A program made the translations under genes and the position numbers. Positions 22,912-31,598 of a stretch of 34,303 nt of DNA are shown in pieces. The stretch is from the IMG/VR virus record IMGVR_UViG_3300005647_000015. One strand, 5' to 3'. The number at the start of each line of letters is the position of its first letter. The first letter of the stretch is position 1. The DNA is from a virus. The notes below the pieces were generated by a model. That model did no database searches. It was not told the origin of the DNA and saw nothing but the letters and a program-made list of their open reading frames with translations.

Positions 22912-24117
22912 TTAAGATGCTAAAGTTACTACTGAGTTATATCCTGGTGCTCTGCAACCTAGCTGAGCATAGTAACCAGAGCGGACTTCAACGGCATCTG
23001 CATCTGTTTCGCGTAGCATTTTGTTACCATCGCTAGTAAGCAATTTAGGAGCTTCACCTAATGAATAAAGTTTCCAGAAACGCATATCTAACAAATAAGC
23101 TTTATCTGATTGACAGTTTTGATCAGCATACACTTCAACAAATCCTTTTGGACTTGCAATGCGGATACCTCTAAAACCAATGTCACCTTGCGCATGGTCT
23201 ACATAGTTTACTTTAGAGCCCAAAGATTTCTCTAAGTCACTCCAACGGCTGTAGTTTAAAAATGCATGTGATGGCTTTCCACCTTCACGACATGTTAAGC
23301 TCATTGCGCTTTGTAATGCTTCTTCAATTGATTCACTTGAACCATCATAAGAAACACCAGCTAGACGCGTTCTATCTACTGTTCTATCAACTCCAAAAAA
23401 TGGGTCACTAGTTACAGTTCCAGAAACAAGCCAAGCGCTCAATCCCTTAACTTTTGCACCTGCATCACCTTCAACAGAAATATAATCATTAGCTGTTAAT
23501 CCAGTGATTCCTGATAAATCTTCATCAACTGTTAAAACACCTGCGACTCTATCTACACCAATTACTCCAATAGCTTGCCCTGAATCTCTAAGACCAGAAA
23601 CAGTTCCATCTGAAGTGAAATAGATTTCCATTCCTACCTCAAAATTTACTACTTCATCTTTATCAGTCAATGTGATTGTAGTTCCTGAAGTTTCAGTAGT
23701 ACGACCAATAGAACCAGAACCATCTCTAAAAAGAGCAGTAGCTAGTGAACGGCCGCATGATTGAATAGCTCCATCGACTTCACTTTCAACAGCTTCTAAA
23801 AAAGCATCTGCATCATGTTGTGAAGCGTCTATAGTTTCATTATCTAAAGAAGCTAATGAATAGTCTTTAGCTCTAGTTAATACAAAGTCTGTATAGTTAG
23901 AAGCTTTTTTGTTTTGTTTGGCTTTTGCAAAGCTTGCGCTTCTGCCTTGAGGTGTTCCATAACGGATTGGAATAGGAAGGTTCTTACCACCAAATTTAGT
24001 GTATTTGGGAACCATCGCTAAAAATGGGTTATCTTGATATGCTAAGTTTTCAATATCATCTGAAGTGTAATGTACCTTCAGAGCTGCGTCAAAAGTTGTT
24101 AAATCTAATGCGGACAT
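22912..24117 (-). CDS. Major capsid protein.
   Basis: 401 aa, directly after the scaffold-like gene and followed by the only strong terminator in the genome. The portal-scaffold-capsid order is canonical. No motif-level confirmation was possible by eye. Confidence 0.7.
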   Translation of the reverse strand: MSALDLTTFDAALKVHYTSDDIENLAYQDNPFLAMVPKYTKFGGKNLPIPIRYGTPQGRSASFAKAKQNKKASNYTDFVLTRAKDYSLASLDNETIDASQHDADAFLEAVESEVDGAIQSCGRSLATALFRDGSGSIGRTTETSGTTITLTDKDEVVNFEVGMEIYFTSDGTVSGLRDSGQAIGVIGVDRVAGVLTVDEDLSGITGLTANDYISVEGDAGAKVKGLSAWLVSGTVTSDPFFGVDRTVDRTRLAGVSYDGSSESIEEALQSAMSLTCREGGKPSHAFLNYSRWSDLEKSLGSKVNYVDHAQGDIGFRGIRIASPKGFVEVYADQNCQSDKAYLLDMRFWKLYSLGEAPKLLTSDGNKMLRETDADAVEVRSGYYAQLGCRAPGYNSVVTLAS

Positions 24118-24142
24118 AAGCCAGCCTTTCTAAAAAAGTTAA

Positions 24143-25219
24143 TTAATCGTTCCATTTCAAAGTTTTCTTAGCTAATTCACGTCTTTCATCTCGTGTAAGC
24201 TTGCGGTTTTCACCTGTTGTAGGAGGTGCGCTTAAGTCATTTGTCATTGTTTGGGACTCTCTAGAAGCTTGCTGTCCATGCTGTTTTGGCTCGCCTTCGG
24301 TCTCTTGTGGAGCATTAGAAGGTTTATTGTTTAAAAGGTCTTTTAGCTTTTGCGCTTGTGAAGCAGGTTTTACCCTTGTTTCATAAAGCCATTTTTCAGT
24401 GGCTTCAAGTGCATCTTCATATGATAAGACTCTTTGATTTTCAGTATAATAGTTGTCCATCACATTGTAAACAATATCCACCGCTTCAGAGCCATATATT
24501 TTACATAGTTCATAATTTTGCTCATTTTTTGATATCAAATTAGTAAGATCACTTTTAACACCATTAATAGCTGTTTTTAATCTCTTAGATGCTGCCTCTT
24601 GCTTATCCTTTTGAAGCTGGGCCTCAATTGCATCTTGCTTCTTTTTGATGGCTTCTATTTCTGGATTTACTTTAGGCTCTTCACTTAAAGGGCTTTCTAG
24701 TTTATGCCGTGTTAGCTTGTCATAATCCCATCCAGCATGTTCTAAAAACTTTTCAGGATCTTGTTTAGCAAGTGCATACAAATCACCTAATTCTTTTAGC
24801 TCTGCTTCTTTTTGCTTAATGTTTTGGGAGCGCTCTTGCAGATCTCTTTCCCTTTTGTTTAGCTTGTTAAAAGCTTGAGTAAAACGCTCATTAGGATCTA
24901 CTTCTGGTTCTGGTTCTTTTGATTCTATAACTGGCTTGGCTGGTAAATCCTTTGGAGCTTCTGCCTCCTTAGTCATTTCTACCTTTGCTTCAGGTTCCTT
25001 AACTTCTTCTTTTACCTCACCTTTTACAGCCGCATCAATAGCATTAGTAAAAGCTTCACGCCTTTGCGCTCTTCTTTCCTTTAATGATTGTGCTGGAGTC
25101 TTTTCAACTTCAACAGATTGAGTAGGTTCATTAACTACAGGCGCTGTAGTTTCTACTGTTTCAACAGGTTTAGCTGCCTCTGCTGGTGCTTCAACATGAG
25201 ACTTCAAATTATTTTCCAT
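24143..25219 (-). CDS. Scaffolding protein.
   Basis: 358 aa, highly charged (E/K-rich), predicted helical/coiled coil (..KQKEAELKELGDLYALAKQDPEKFLE.., ..IEAIKKKQDAIEAQLQKDKQEAASKRLK..). It lies between the portal and capsid genes. Confidence 0.6.
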   Translation of the reverse strand: MENNLKSHVEAPAEAAKPVETVETTAPVVNEPTQSVEVEKTPAQSLKERRAQRREAFTNAIDAAVKGEVKEEVKEPEAKVEMTKEAEAPKDLPAKPVIESKEPEPEVDPNERFTQAFNKLNKRERDLQERSQNIKQKEAELKELGDLYALAKQDPEKFLEHAGWDYDKLTRHKLESPLSEEPKVNPEIEAIKKKQDAIEAQLQKDKQEAASKRLKTAINGVKSDLTNLISKNEQNYELCKIYGSEAVDIVYNVMDNYYTENQRVLSYEDALEATEKWLYETRVKPASQAQKLKDLLNNKPSNAPQETEGEPKQHGQQASRESQTMTNDLSAPPTTGENRKLTRDERRELAKKTLKWND

Positions 25220-25231
25220 TTACTCTCCTAG

Positions 25232-27094
25232 TTATTGATTGGGAGCGTTTGGAATTAATTCAGAAACTGGAGGGGCTTCTGCTACTGCTTGAGGTGCTAA
25301 TGCATCTTCTGGTGGTAAAGATCCTTCTGGAGCCATTGGAGGTGCTACTGGTTCAGGATTCATAATTTTATTTGCGGCCTTGATCCATTTCCGAATTAGC
25401 TCTAGCTTTTCTTCTGGAACGCTATCATGACGCGCTTTTATGTAAGCATCATTCATAAACTTAGTGGCACGTTCCAAATATGGAGCTTCAAACGGCTCTG
25501 GTGTGTGAAATGTACCATCTTCAAGTATATCTTCAAGTGTTCTCTTCATTAAATTGTTATGGGCATAACGTAAATTTGTTACGCTCTCAATGTCTGGATA
25601 GTCAAGGAGTTGCGCTCCATCTTCTGGAGGTATAAAACCACTTTGTATCATTTCTTGAACATAAGCCATGCGTCCTGAAGGCGTACGCGGTAGCATATTT
25701 GTTGGATACATTTTCATTTGATAATGATTTTCTTCTATATCGACATCTTTCCACTTGATAAACTCTAAGCCTCTGCCCTTGCGCTCATACTTTACTTGAA
25801 AATTAGGATCATCTTTAGCTGCTTTTTTAGATAGGTTAATGATTAACCACGCTGCATCTAATGCTGTTCTTTGATAGGCTTTAGCCTGTGTTACAAATCT
25901 ATCACTTTCAATGTCCATATACTCTCTAAGTGCTACCCTTGAATCAAGTCCAGAAGGTTTTTTAGATTGTGATGATAATTGTGAAACTCCAACAACTTCA
26001 AAAGCTTTGTTATATAAGTTTTCTAACTGCTGAAACAGCTCAGAACTAACAGTGTTGGATTTTTCTACAGTAGGCTTAACACCAGTGTACTTTACTTGTC
26101 CCATGATCATATTTGACCAGCCAGCGACTTTAGAGCCTGCTTGAATAAACACCTTTGGAACACTAAACTTCAATGCTGCTTGAATGATTCTTAAGATCTT
26201 ATTGATTTCTATTTGGATTCCTACAAGGATTTCAACTACACCCTGACCATACCAGCCTGCAAGACGTTCACCAAAACGATATGTTAAGAATGGGAACCGC
26301 TCAAGCTCGTACTTTTCTTCAAATAAAGTCTTATTTTCGAGGCAAATGACGTGCTTTCCATTTTTGCCATCTGCATCTGGTAAGTGCCACGCTTCAGCTA
26401 TGTTGATCATATCCGCTTGCCTTAAGTTTTTTGAAGATGGTGTTAGTTGTTTTGCTGCTAGTATTGCGTTTCTTACTTTTGGATCTTTTCCCCACTTATC
26501 CAGTACAACAGAACGCGCTACAGGCTTATGCCTATACAATGATTTTGGGTTGCCGTGAAATGCTTCTGCTTCATCTACTAGAATTTCATTAGGGAAAACG
26601 CGTTCACAGTTTAACTTACCACCAGAAACATAGAAATGTAGATAGCCATTATCAAATACGCCTCCATCCCTTACAAGGCCTTCAAACTTTTCTTGCATGC
26701 CTAATTCATAAAACACACCTTCCACATAGCGTGTTAGCTTCTTAGCTTTCATTTGCATGGTGTGATTTCCACCATCTGTTAAAAACATAACGCGTGGCGT
26801 GTCTTTTGTGAGTTTAGCTACAACTGTATCAACAACGGACTTGCATATATTTAGCTTTATTTTGTTTTGTGGTTTTGTTGAATTGTCTCTTGAATAGTCT
26901 TTATAGCTTAAGCCTCCTATATCCATATTGCCATAAAGCCTCATATGTAGAAGGTTTCTATCCCTTAAGTAACTTTGATTTTTGTTAAGGAAGTTTAGGA
27001 TTTTCCATATTTCATTATGTGGTTCTTTTGTGTTCCACCAGTACTGATCTTTAGAATGTAGTTTAGCTTTAGTTAATTCATAGTCTCTTGCCAT
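25232..27094 (-). CDS. Portal protein.
   Basis: 620 aa, immediately downstream of TerL (with one small ORF between). Size and position are typical. The C-terminal tail is Pro/Ala-rich (PEPVAPPMAPEGSLPPEDALAPQAVAEAPPVSELIPNAPNQ). Confidence 0.7.
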   Translation of the reverse strand: MARDYELTKAKLHSKDQYWWNTKEPHNEIWKILNFLNKNQSYLRDRNLLHMRLYGNMDIGGLSYKDYSRDNSTKPQNKIKLNICKSVVDTVVAKLTKDTPRVMFLTDGGNHTMQMKAKKLTRYVEGVFYELGMQEKFEGLVRDGGVFDNGYLHFYVSGGKLNCERVFPNEILVDEAEAFHGNPKSLYRHKPVARSVVLDKWGKDPKVRNAILAAKQLTPSSKNLRQADMINIAEAWHLPDADGKNGKHVICLENKTLFEEKYELERFPFLTYRFGERLAGWYGQGVVEILVGIQIEINKILRIIQAALKFSVPKVFIQAGSKVAGWSNMIMGQVKYTGVKPTVEKSNTVSSELFQQLENLYNKAFEVVGVSQLSSQSKKPSGLDSRVALREYMDIESDRFVTQAKAYQRTALDAAWLIINLSKKAAKDDPNFQVKYERKGRGLEFIKWKDVDIEENHYQMKMYPTNMLPRTPSGRMAYVQEMIQSGFIPPEDGAQLLDYPDIESVTNLRYAHNNLMKRTLEDILEDGTFHTPEPFEAPYLERATKFMNDAYIKARHDSVPEEKLELIRKWIKAANKIMNPEPVAPPMAPEGSLPPEDALAPQAVAEAPPVSELIPNAPNQ

Positions 27095-27106
27095 TTGTTT
27101 TACTCC

Positions 27107-27355
27107 TTAAGTTGAATGCAATAAAATCTCTTCTTCATCTTCATCTGAATCAAAAAAGGGATCTTTATTCTTTTTAAGGTTCTGGTCTAAGTCGCCACTT
27201 TGTTTTTTGTGGCGTTCTATTTCTTTGCTTGCTTCACCTGTGCTATTAAAAGCGTCTAGAGATAAGCTTAGCTCAATTTCATCAAACTTTAAATGTTGAA
27301 CATGGTTTTTAGTCATAAATTTAACCATTTCTTTGATTTCCTTGAGTTTACTCAT
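27107..27355 (-). CDS. Small acidic protein between TerL and portal.
   Basis: Preferred start is ATG 27355 (MSKLKEIKEM..), 2 nt after the TerL stop. The track start at 27394 would overlap TerL by 47 nt. The C-terminus is DPFFDSDEDEEEILLHST. Confidence 0.5.
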   Translation of the reverse strand: MSKLKEIKEMVKFMTKNHVQHLKFDEIELSLSLDAFNSTGEASKEIERHKKQSGDLDQNLKKNKDPFFDSDEDEEEILLHST

Positions 27356-28793
27356 CGTGTCCAAAGATTCCGTTTTCATCGTATCCTTCTTCATAGCTTT
27401 GCTCCTTTTCCATTTTTTCTGATTCTTCTTCCCAGTACTTATTCATATATTCATCTGTATTAGGGTCTAGTTTTTCTTCTGGTTCCTGATAAACCCAGTG
27501 CTTCCCTTCCCTCCAGTTATACAGCACCGAATCACACCAATCATTTTTATAACGTTCATCTTCTTTTTTGCGCTTTTCATCCCATTGCAACACTTTGAAC
27601 TGTGAAGAGCATTCTTTGAGGTGTGAACTGATTTTAAGGTTACCTCTTTCAAAGTCGGAGTTCATATGCTCTATAAAGTCTTTTTTATTGGTCTTTTCTG
27701 CTGCTTCAACTGGGATGCTGTACCGCTCTATAAACTCTTCAACTATTGATTTTCCAAGTCCGCCTGTATCGCATTTGATTTTAACAAATTCATATTGCTT
27801 CATATAAGACTTGATTCTTTTGGCTATCTGGTGAGGTAGCATGTTACTTTCCCCCATGCCGTCAATGATATAATAATCTGGTGATGATTCACTAAAAGCA
27901 CCTACAGTGATAACAGTTTGATCATGATACCCTAAGTCAATTGAAAGAATGTACATTGAATCTTTCGGATATTCACCTTCTTCAAAGATGTTTCTTTTTT
28001 CATCAAATCGATACACCAAAGAATCTAAAGAACGCACCCATCTTCCAAGCCATTCACGCATAACTACTGGGTGCTTCCATGACAGTTTACGCTTTTCAAT
28101 GATGTTTTTTTGAACCCAAGTTTTTGCATGAGGTATAAACGGATTATCGTACACAGTCCATTCATGATTAGACCAGCCAGCCTCTATGCCATTTGTAACG
28201 TCATGGAATTTTCCAACGCATGCTGCATTAGGTGTTCCAGTTAGAATTATAGTTCCATTACCATCAAGCAAGGTAGGTTCTAAGATTTCTGCTACCATCG
28301 CTTCAATATGCGGACCGAATGAACCAGCTTCATCAATGGCTGCTAATTTGAATGCATGCCCTCTAAGCTTTTCCATTTCAGCCTTATCTTCTGCACCCTT
28401 TAGATAAATGATTGATCCGTTTTGTGTGGTCATTGTCAAATCAGATATATTAGGCTTCATACCTAGCCTGTATTTTCTATTCATTTGCATAAGAACAGGC
28501 CACATCAATTCCTTAGCATTTTTACGCGTCAAAGTTATATAGGTAACTTCGCAGTTATCCCATGACTCAGCTTCTTTGATTAAATATGCACCTGTAGAAT
28601 GAGTTTTGCCAGCACGTCGAGTGCATAGCGCTGTTTTTGAAGTTGAGGGATCATTGATAAATGCTTTTTGTTCTTTAAATAAAGCATCGTAATAGGGATA
28701 ACTTTTTGTGTTTGGTTTTTTTTGCTTAGTTGCTGGAGCCGCTCCCCTTCGTTTGATTTCCGCAAGAACGGCTCTAGCTTTTTCAACATCCAT
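27348..28793 (-). CDS. terL: Terminase large subunit.
   Basis: 481 aa. Deviant Walker A ..CTRRAGKTHS..; Walker B ..FKLAAIDEAGSF..; C-terminal nuclease-type acidic motif ..YILSIDLGYHDQTV.. and ..KIKCDTGGLGKS... It sits upstream of the portal gene. Confidence 0.85.
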   Translation of the reverse strand: MDVEKARAVLAEIKRRGAAPATKQKKPNTKSYPYYDALFKEQKAFINDPSTSKTALCTRRAGKTHSTGAYLIKEAESWDNCEVTYITLTRKNAKELMWPVLMQMNRKYRLGMKPNISDLTMTTQNGSIIYLKGAEDKAEMEKLRGHAFKLAAIDEAGSFGPHIEAMVAEILEPTLLDGNGTIILTGTPNAACVGKFHDVTNGIEAGWSNHEWTVYDNPFIPHAKTWVQKNIIEKRKLSWKHPVVMREWLGRWVRSLDSLVYRFDEKRNIFEEGEYPKDSMYILSIDLGYHDQTVITVGAFSESSPDYYIIDGMGESNMLPHQIAKRIKSYMKQYEFVKIKCDTGGLGKSIVEEFIERYSIPVEAAEKTNKKDFIEHMNSDFERGNLKISSHLKECSSQFKVLQWDEKRKKEDERYKNDWCDSVLYNWREGKHWVYQEPEEKLDPNTDEYMNKYWEEESEKMEKEQSYEEGYDENGIFGHDE

Positions 28794-29215
28794 TATTCAA
28801 AAGGGCAAATATAAATAATATTTCCTATTGGTACAATGGTTGTCTTTTGCGTCTTTCTGCTTTTGATATGAAGAAAGTTATTATCTATCACCATATCTAC
28901 ATAAGCTCCGCCTCCCCTTAAGTCTGCACTTGCTGAGTTTAGTGGTCTATTATCTATTTTTACTGGCTGTGCAAATCTTACAAGTTCAATCTTAATTGAA
29001 CCCATGTCTATAGGTGTAAATGATTTAGGCATTCCACCATCTAGAACAGGCGGCTTAAGTACTGTTTTTTCCTTTGCCACTTTCTTAGGAGTTTCTTTTT
29101 TAACCTCTACCTTAACTTCTACTTTTTTTGGTTTGGGTTCTGAAACTTCTAACACCTCTTTAGATTTGTTGACTTGCTTCTTTGCCTGTTTCTTGTTTGG
29201 TTTCTTTTTTGCCAT
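28793..29215 (-). CDS. Lysine-rich protein (possibly DNA-binding; an alternative small-terminase candidate).
   Basis: 140 aa. The N-terminal 55 aa are about 40% Lys (MAKKKPNKKQAKKQVNKSKEVLEVSEPKPKKVEVKVEVKKETPKKVAKEK). Its stop overlaps the TerL ATG. Confidence 0.5.
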   Translation of the reverse strand: MAKKKPNKKQAKKQVNKSKEVLEVSEPKPKKVEVKVEVKKETPKKVAKEKTVLKPPVLDGGMPKSFTPIDMGSIKIELVRFAQPVKIDNRPLNSASADLRGGGAYVDMVIDNNFLHIKSRKTQKTTIVPIGNIIYICPFE

Positions 29216-29651
29216 AGTTTACGCCCTTCATTAAAAAAAATGGATTATACCTAGCACTTAAAGTGCTAACTAAGCCTTTTGCATAGTGTGTGTAGTGTGT
29301 ATAAAATTCAATGTCATTGTTTTTGCTAAACTCATTGCATAGGGTTTTAGCAATTCCAAAACGTCTAAAAGGACTTTTAACATAAACATAATGCACTACA
29401 CCTTTATTGGATACAGCATAACCATAGATTTGATTTTTGTCATCTATCGAGTGTGCAATGTGTACTGTTGAATGTTGTAAAAGTGTTAAAATTACTTTCC
29501 TATACCCATCTGTATAATCTTTGGAAGAGATAAAACTTTTAAATGTTTTGCTGTGTTGTCTGTAGGATTTAAGCCAAGTATCAAGAATAAAATTCAGATC
29601 TTCAACATCTGGACTTCTGATATCAAAAGGAATCTTAGTGCTTGACGACAC
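29160..29651 (-). CDS. GNAT-fold N-acetyltransferase-like protein.
   Basis: 163 aa. ..IYGYAVSNKGVVHYVYVKSPFRRFGIAKTLCNEF.. contains a beta4-alpha3 acetyl-CoA motif R-x-x-G-x-A (RRFGIA). Its last 18 codons overlap the Lys-rich gene. Confidence 0.5.
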   Translation of the reverse strand: MSSSTKIPFDIRSPDVEDLNFILDTWLKSYRQHSKTFKSFISSKDYTDGYRKVILTLLQHSTVHIAHSIDDKNQIYGYAVSNKGVVHYVYVKSPFRRFGIAKTLCNEFSKNNDIEFYTHYTHYAKGLVSTLSARYNPFFLMKGVNYGKKETKQETGKEASQQI

Positions 29652-30261
29652 TTTCCCCTTTTATATTTTCAGCTATTATTTTCAAAGCTTTTTTAGATTC
29701 TGCTACTAGTTCTTTATCGCTTAAAGCTCGCGTTCCACCTTCTGCAAGTTTGTCTGATTGCCCTACCATTTCTGATACAACTTTAGATAGTTGAACAAGG
29801 GAACGTGTTTCATCTGAATTAAGCCCTTGAGATTTTGATTTTTGCTGTAAGTGTGAAAGCTCTATAGCTGCTGCTCTCATAGTTTCTGATATCATTTCTT
29901 GAACTGTTGGTACTTTGTTCATATATTTTTCTGTACGTGCTTTAGATATAAGACGCTCTAAGAAAAAAGATAATGTTTGTATATTACCCACCTTGAGCGC
30001 TTCACTTAAGACTTTAGCTATCATACCTTCAATGACGTTCATGTGTTCCATGTTGCCACGATTTTTATCTACCATGTCATGCAATTGGTCTGCTGGTAGA
30101 TGTAGATATTTATGTGATATCTCTTCAAATTTCGCACGTGTTAGCTTTCTTGCTTCTTTTAAGCCTGTGCTGTCTTTTGGTCTGCCTTCTTTTCCAAGAG
30201 TGTTACCAGCTTTGAAGTGGTGACTCTTGGAGGCTTTTTTTTTGGTGGTTTTCTTTTTCAT
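29635..30261 (-). CDS. Putative terminase small subunit / DNA-binding packaging protein.
   Basis: 208 aa. The basic N-terminus with FKAGNTLGKEGRPKD resembles the 'F.kGqSGNP.GRPkG' motif found at the N-terminus of many proteins encoded upstream of terL. The body is helical. Confidence 0.35.
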   Translation of the reverse strand: MKKKTTKKKASKSHHFKAGNTLGKEGRPKDSTGLKEARKLTRAKFEEISHKYLHLPADQLHDMVDKNRGNMEHMNVIEGMIAKVLSEALKVGNIQTLSFFLERLISKARTEKYMNKVPTVQEMISETMRAAAIELSHLQQKSKSQGLNSDETRSLVQLSKVVSEMVGQSDKLAEGGTRALSDKELVAESKKALKIIAENIKGESVVKH

Positions 30262-30296
30262 ACGTTTTTTAAAGGTATATAAATCTTACATTAATA

Positions 30297-30746
30297 TTAT
30301 TCAGAATAAAAGCTTTCACAGTATGTGGGTACATAGTCATTATAATATTGAAGGAATTGGTTATGATTTTGATCATAGTTTTCAAATCCGCCTTGACCAT
30401 TATCTTCATATGCATAAGCTTGACCATATTCAGTCATGATACCTATACATAATTCATATTCTGTAGCGATATCCGCAACTACGATAGATTCGCCTGTGTA
30501 ACAAGTGCGATCTGCTCCGCAATACATTTCTAAATCTTCTGTATTAGGTGAAATACTATAATGATTGATATGCTTAAAGCCTCTATCATCACCAAAGTAA
30601 TGAATAGCGCTTTGTTCAAATTGTTCTATAAGGGGTTCTGTAAGTGTAAGACATTCCGCTTCACCTCTGCATTTAATAATGCTGCTTGAGGTTCCACAAG
30701 AAGTAAGGATTAAAGTTAAGGCAATTAATAAAAGTTGTTTTGTCAT
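30297..30746 (-). CDS. Cys-rich lipoprotein (a moron-like gene with its own promoter).
   Basis: MTKQLLLIALTLILTSCGTSS has a canonical lipobox, L-T-S-C. The mature part has at least 6 further Cys residues. An AGGAG RBS is present, with a promoter at 30782..30810. Confidence 0.7.
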   Translation of the reverse strand: MTKQLLLIALTLILTSCGTSSSIIKCRGEAECLTLTEPLIEQFEQSAIHYFGDDRGFKHINHYSISPNTEDLEMYCGADRTCYTGESIVVADIATEYELCIGIMTEYGQAYAYEDNGQGGFENYDQNHNQFLQYYNDYVPTYCESFYSE

Positions 30747-30781
30747 TGGTACGGCTCCTGTTTAAGTTATGCTATACCTAT

Positions 30782-30810
30782 ATATTAACACACACTGGGT
30801 GTGTATGCAA
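30782..30810 (-). promoter_or_regulatory. Sigma70-type promoter, TTGCAT-N17-TAATAT, with a palindrome in the spacer.
   Basis: Minus strand reads TTGCATacacacccagtgtgtgtTAATAT. The -35 is at 30810..30805 and the -10 at 30787..30782. The spacer contains ACACAC-N3-GTGTGT (30790..30804). Confidence 0.6.
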
Positions 30811-30861
30811 GTACTAAATTAATATATAAAATGACGAACTAAATACCATTAATATCAGGAA

Positions 30862-31071
30862 CTAGTTTTCTACAACTTTTGGAGCATTTGTTGTAGCTTG
30901 CTCTAAGCCTTCTTTAATAACTTCTTCATTTGATTTAATTTCTGTTTGAATTTCTGGTGTTTCTATAGCGGTTGCTTCAACTACTTTAGGTGCTTCATTT
31001 TTGATAATTCCACACAAAGTAAGGATAGCTATTAATACACCAACTGCAAATATGATTTGTTTCTTTTCCAT
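30862..31071 (-). CDS. Small membrane-anchored or secreted protein.
   Basis: 69 aa. N-terminal hydrophobic segment IIFAVGVLIAILTLCGII, followed by an acidic tail. Confidence 0.5.
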   Translation of the reverse strand: MEKKQIIFAVGVLIAILTLCGIIKNEAPKVVEATAIETPEIQTEIKSNEEVIKEGLEQATTNAPKVVEN

Positions 31072-31108
31072 AGAGCTAATTATGAATAAGTTTATAAATA
31101 AAGCAAGT

Positions 31109-31333
31109 CTAATGAATTTCGGTAGGGATAAACTTTTTAAGTAGATTTAAGGCTTCAGCATTTTCATTAACAGCTTCTAATATCTTTTCTTGCCTACCAT
31201 CAATGAATTTTGTTCTTTCTTTAATCTTTACGCTTATTTTTATTAGCGTTTCAATAGTATCTAGCATTACTTCTGTTTTAGAAAGAAGCTCTTCAACTTT
31301 ATCTTGATTAACTGGAAAACTAATTTTTTTCAT
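31109..31333 (-). CDS. Hypothetical small helical protein.
   Basis: 74-aa ORF with an AAAGGAACC RBS-like sequence upstream. It is preceded by the 10-bp inverted repeat. Confidence 0.5.
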   Translation of the reverse strand: MKKISFPVNQDKVEELLSKTEVMLDTIETLIKISVKIKERTKFIDGRQEKILEAVNENAEALNLLKKFIPTEIH

Positions 31334-31361
31334 GGTTCCTTTTGGTTAAATAAAGTTAGGT

Positions 31362-31408
31362 GTGAACGGATCACACAGGGGAAAGTACATAAATCGCAAT
31401 CCGTTCAC
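31362..31408. promoter_or_regulatory. Perfect 10-bp inverted repeat with a 27-nt spacer (an operator or an RNA stem).
   Basis: GTGAACGGAT (31362..31371) and ATCCGTTCAC (31399..31408). A second stem, AACAGG-N10-CCTGTT, lies at 31414..31435. Confidence 0.5.
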
Positions 31409-31441
31409 TTTCTAACAGGCTTCCTCATACCTGTTAAAAAC

Positions 31442-31582
31442 TTAAGAATTTATCATAGTTTGATTCAGTATCTTTTCAGCATTCTTTAAAGCCTTCTGAT
31501 AAGTTATAATCAAAACTTCCTTTAAGTCATATTGATTCATTACATAATGATCTTTATCTTTATAAAGGTCTAAGTCTTTCAT
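31442..31582 (-). CDS. Possible 46-aa ORF downstream of the HTH gene.
   Basis: Hand-translated: MKDLDLYKDKDHYVMNQYDLKEVLIITYQKALKNAEKILNQTMINS. The RBS is weak. It fills part of a 264-nt gap. Confidence 0.3.
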   Translation of the reverse strand: MKDLDLYKDKDHYVMNQYDLKEVLIITYQKALKNAEKILNQTMINS

Positions 31583-31598
31583 GATTTTTTCAATGTCT

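Noticed and set aside
27467-28789. Minus-strand ORFs 27467..27652 and 28580..28789, both inside TerL.
   Set aside because: These are alternative frames fully embedded in the terminase large subunit gene. They have no independent signals.
250-31489. All plus-strand ORFs in the track: 250..480, 713..934, 1355..1567, 3141..3392, 4431..4751, 6358..6549, 6462..6710, 10960..11166, 11766..12032, 12945..13151, 15310..15510, 20889..21083, 24201..24386, 24358..24543, 24936..25121, 26346..26558, 27568..27807, 28186..28407, 29004..29234, 29915..30223, 30227..30439, 31304..31489.
   Set aside because: Each lies antisense to a longer, motif-supported or tightly coupled minus-strand gene. Their compositions are low-complexity (Ser/Leu/Phe-rich), as expected for shadow frames, and none has an RBS or promoter context. 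For example, 250..480 is antisense to the annealing-protein gene, and 1355..1567 is antisense to the ERAAIMEFEGG mini-gene.
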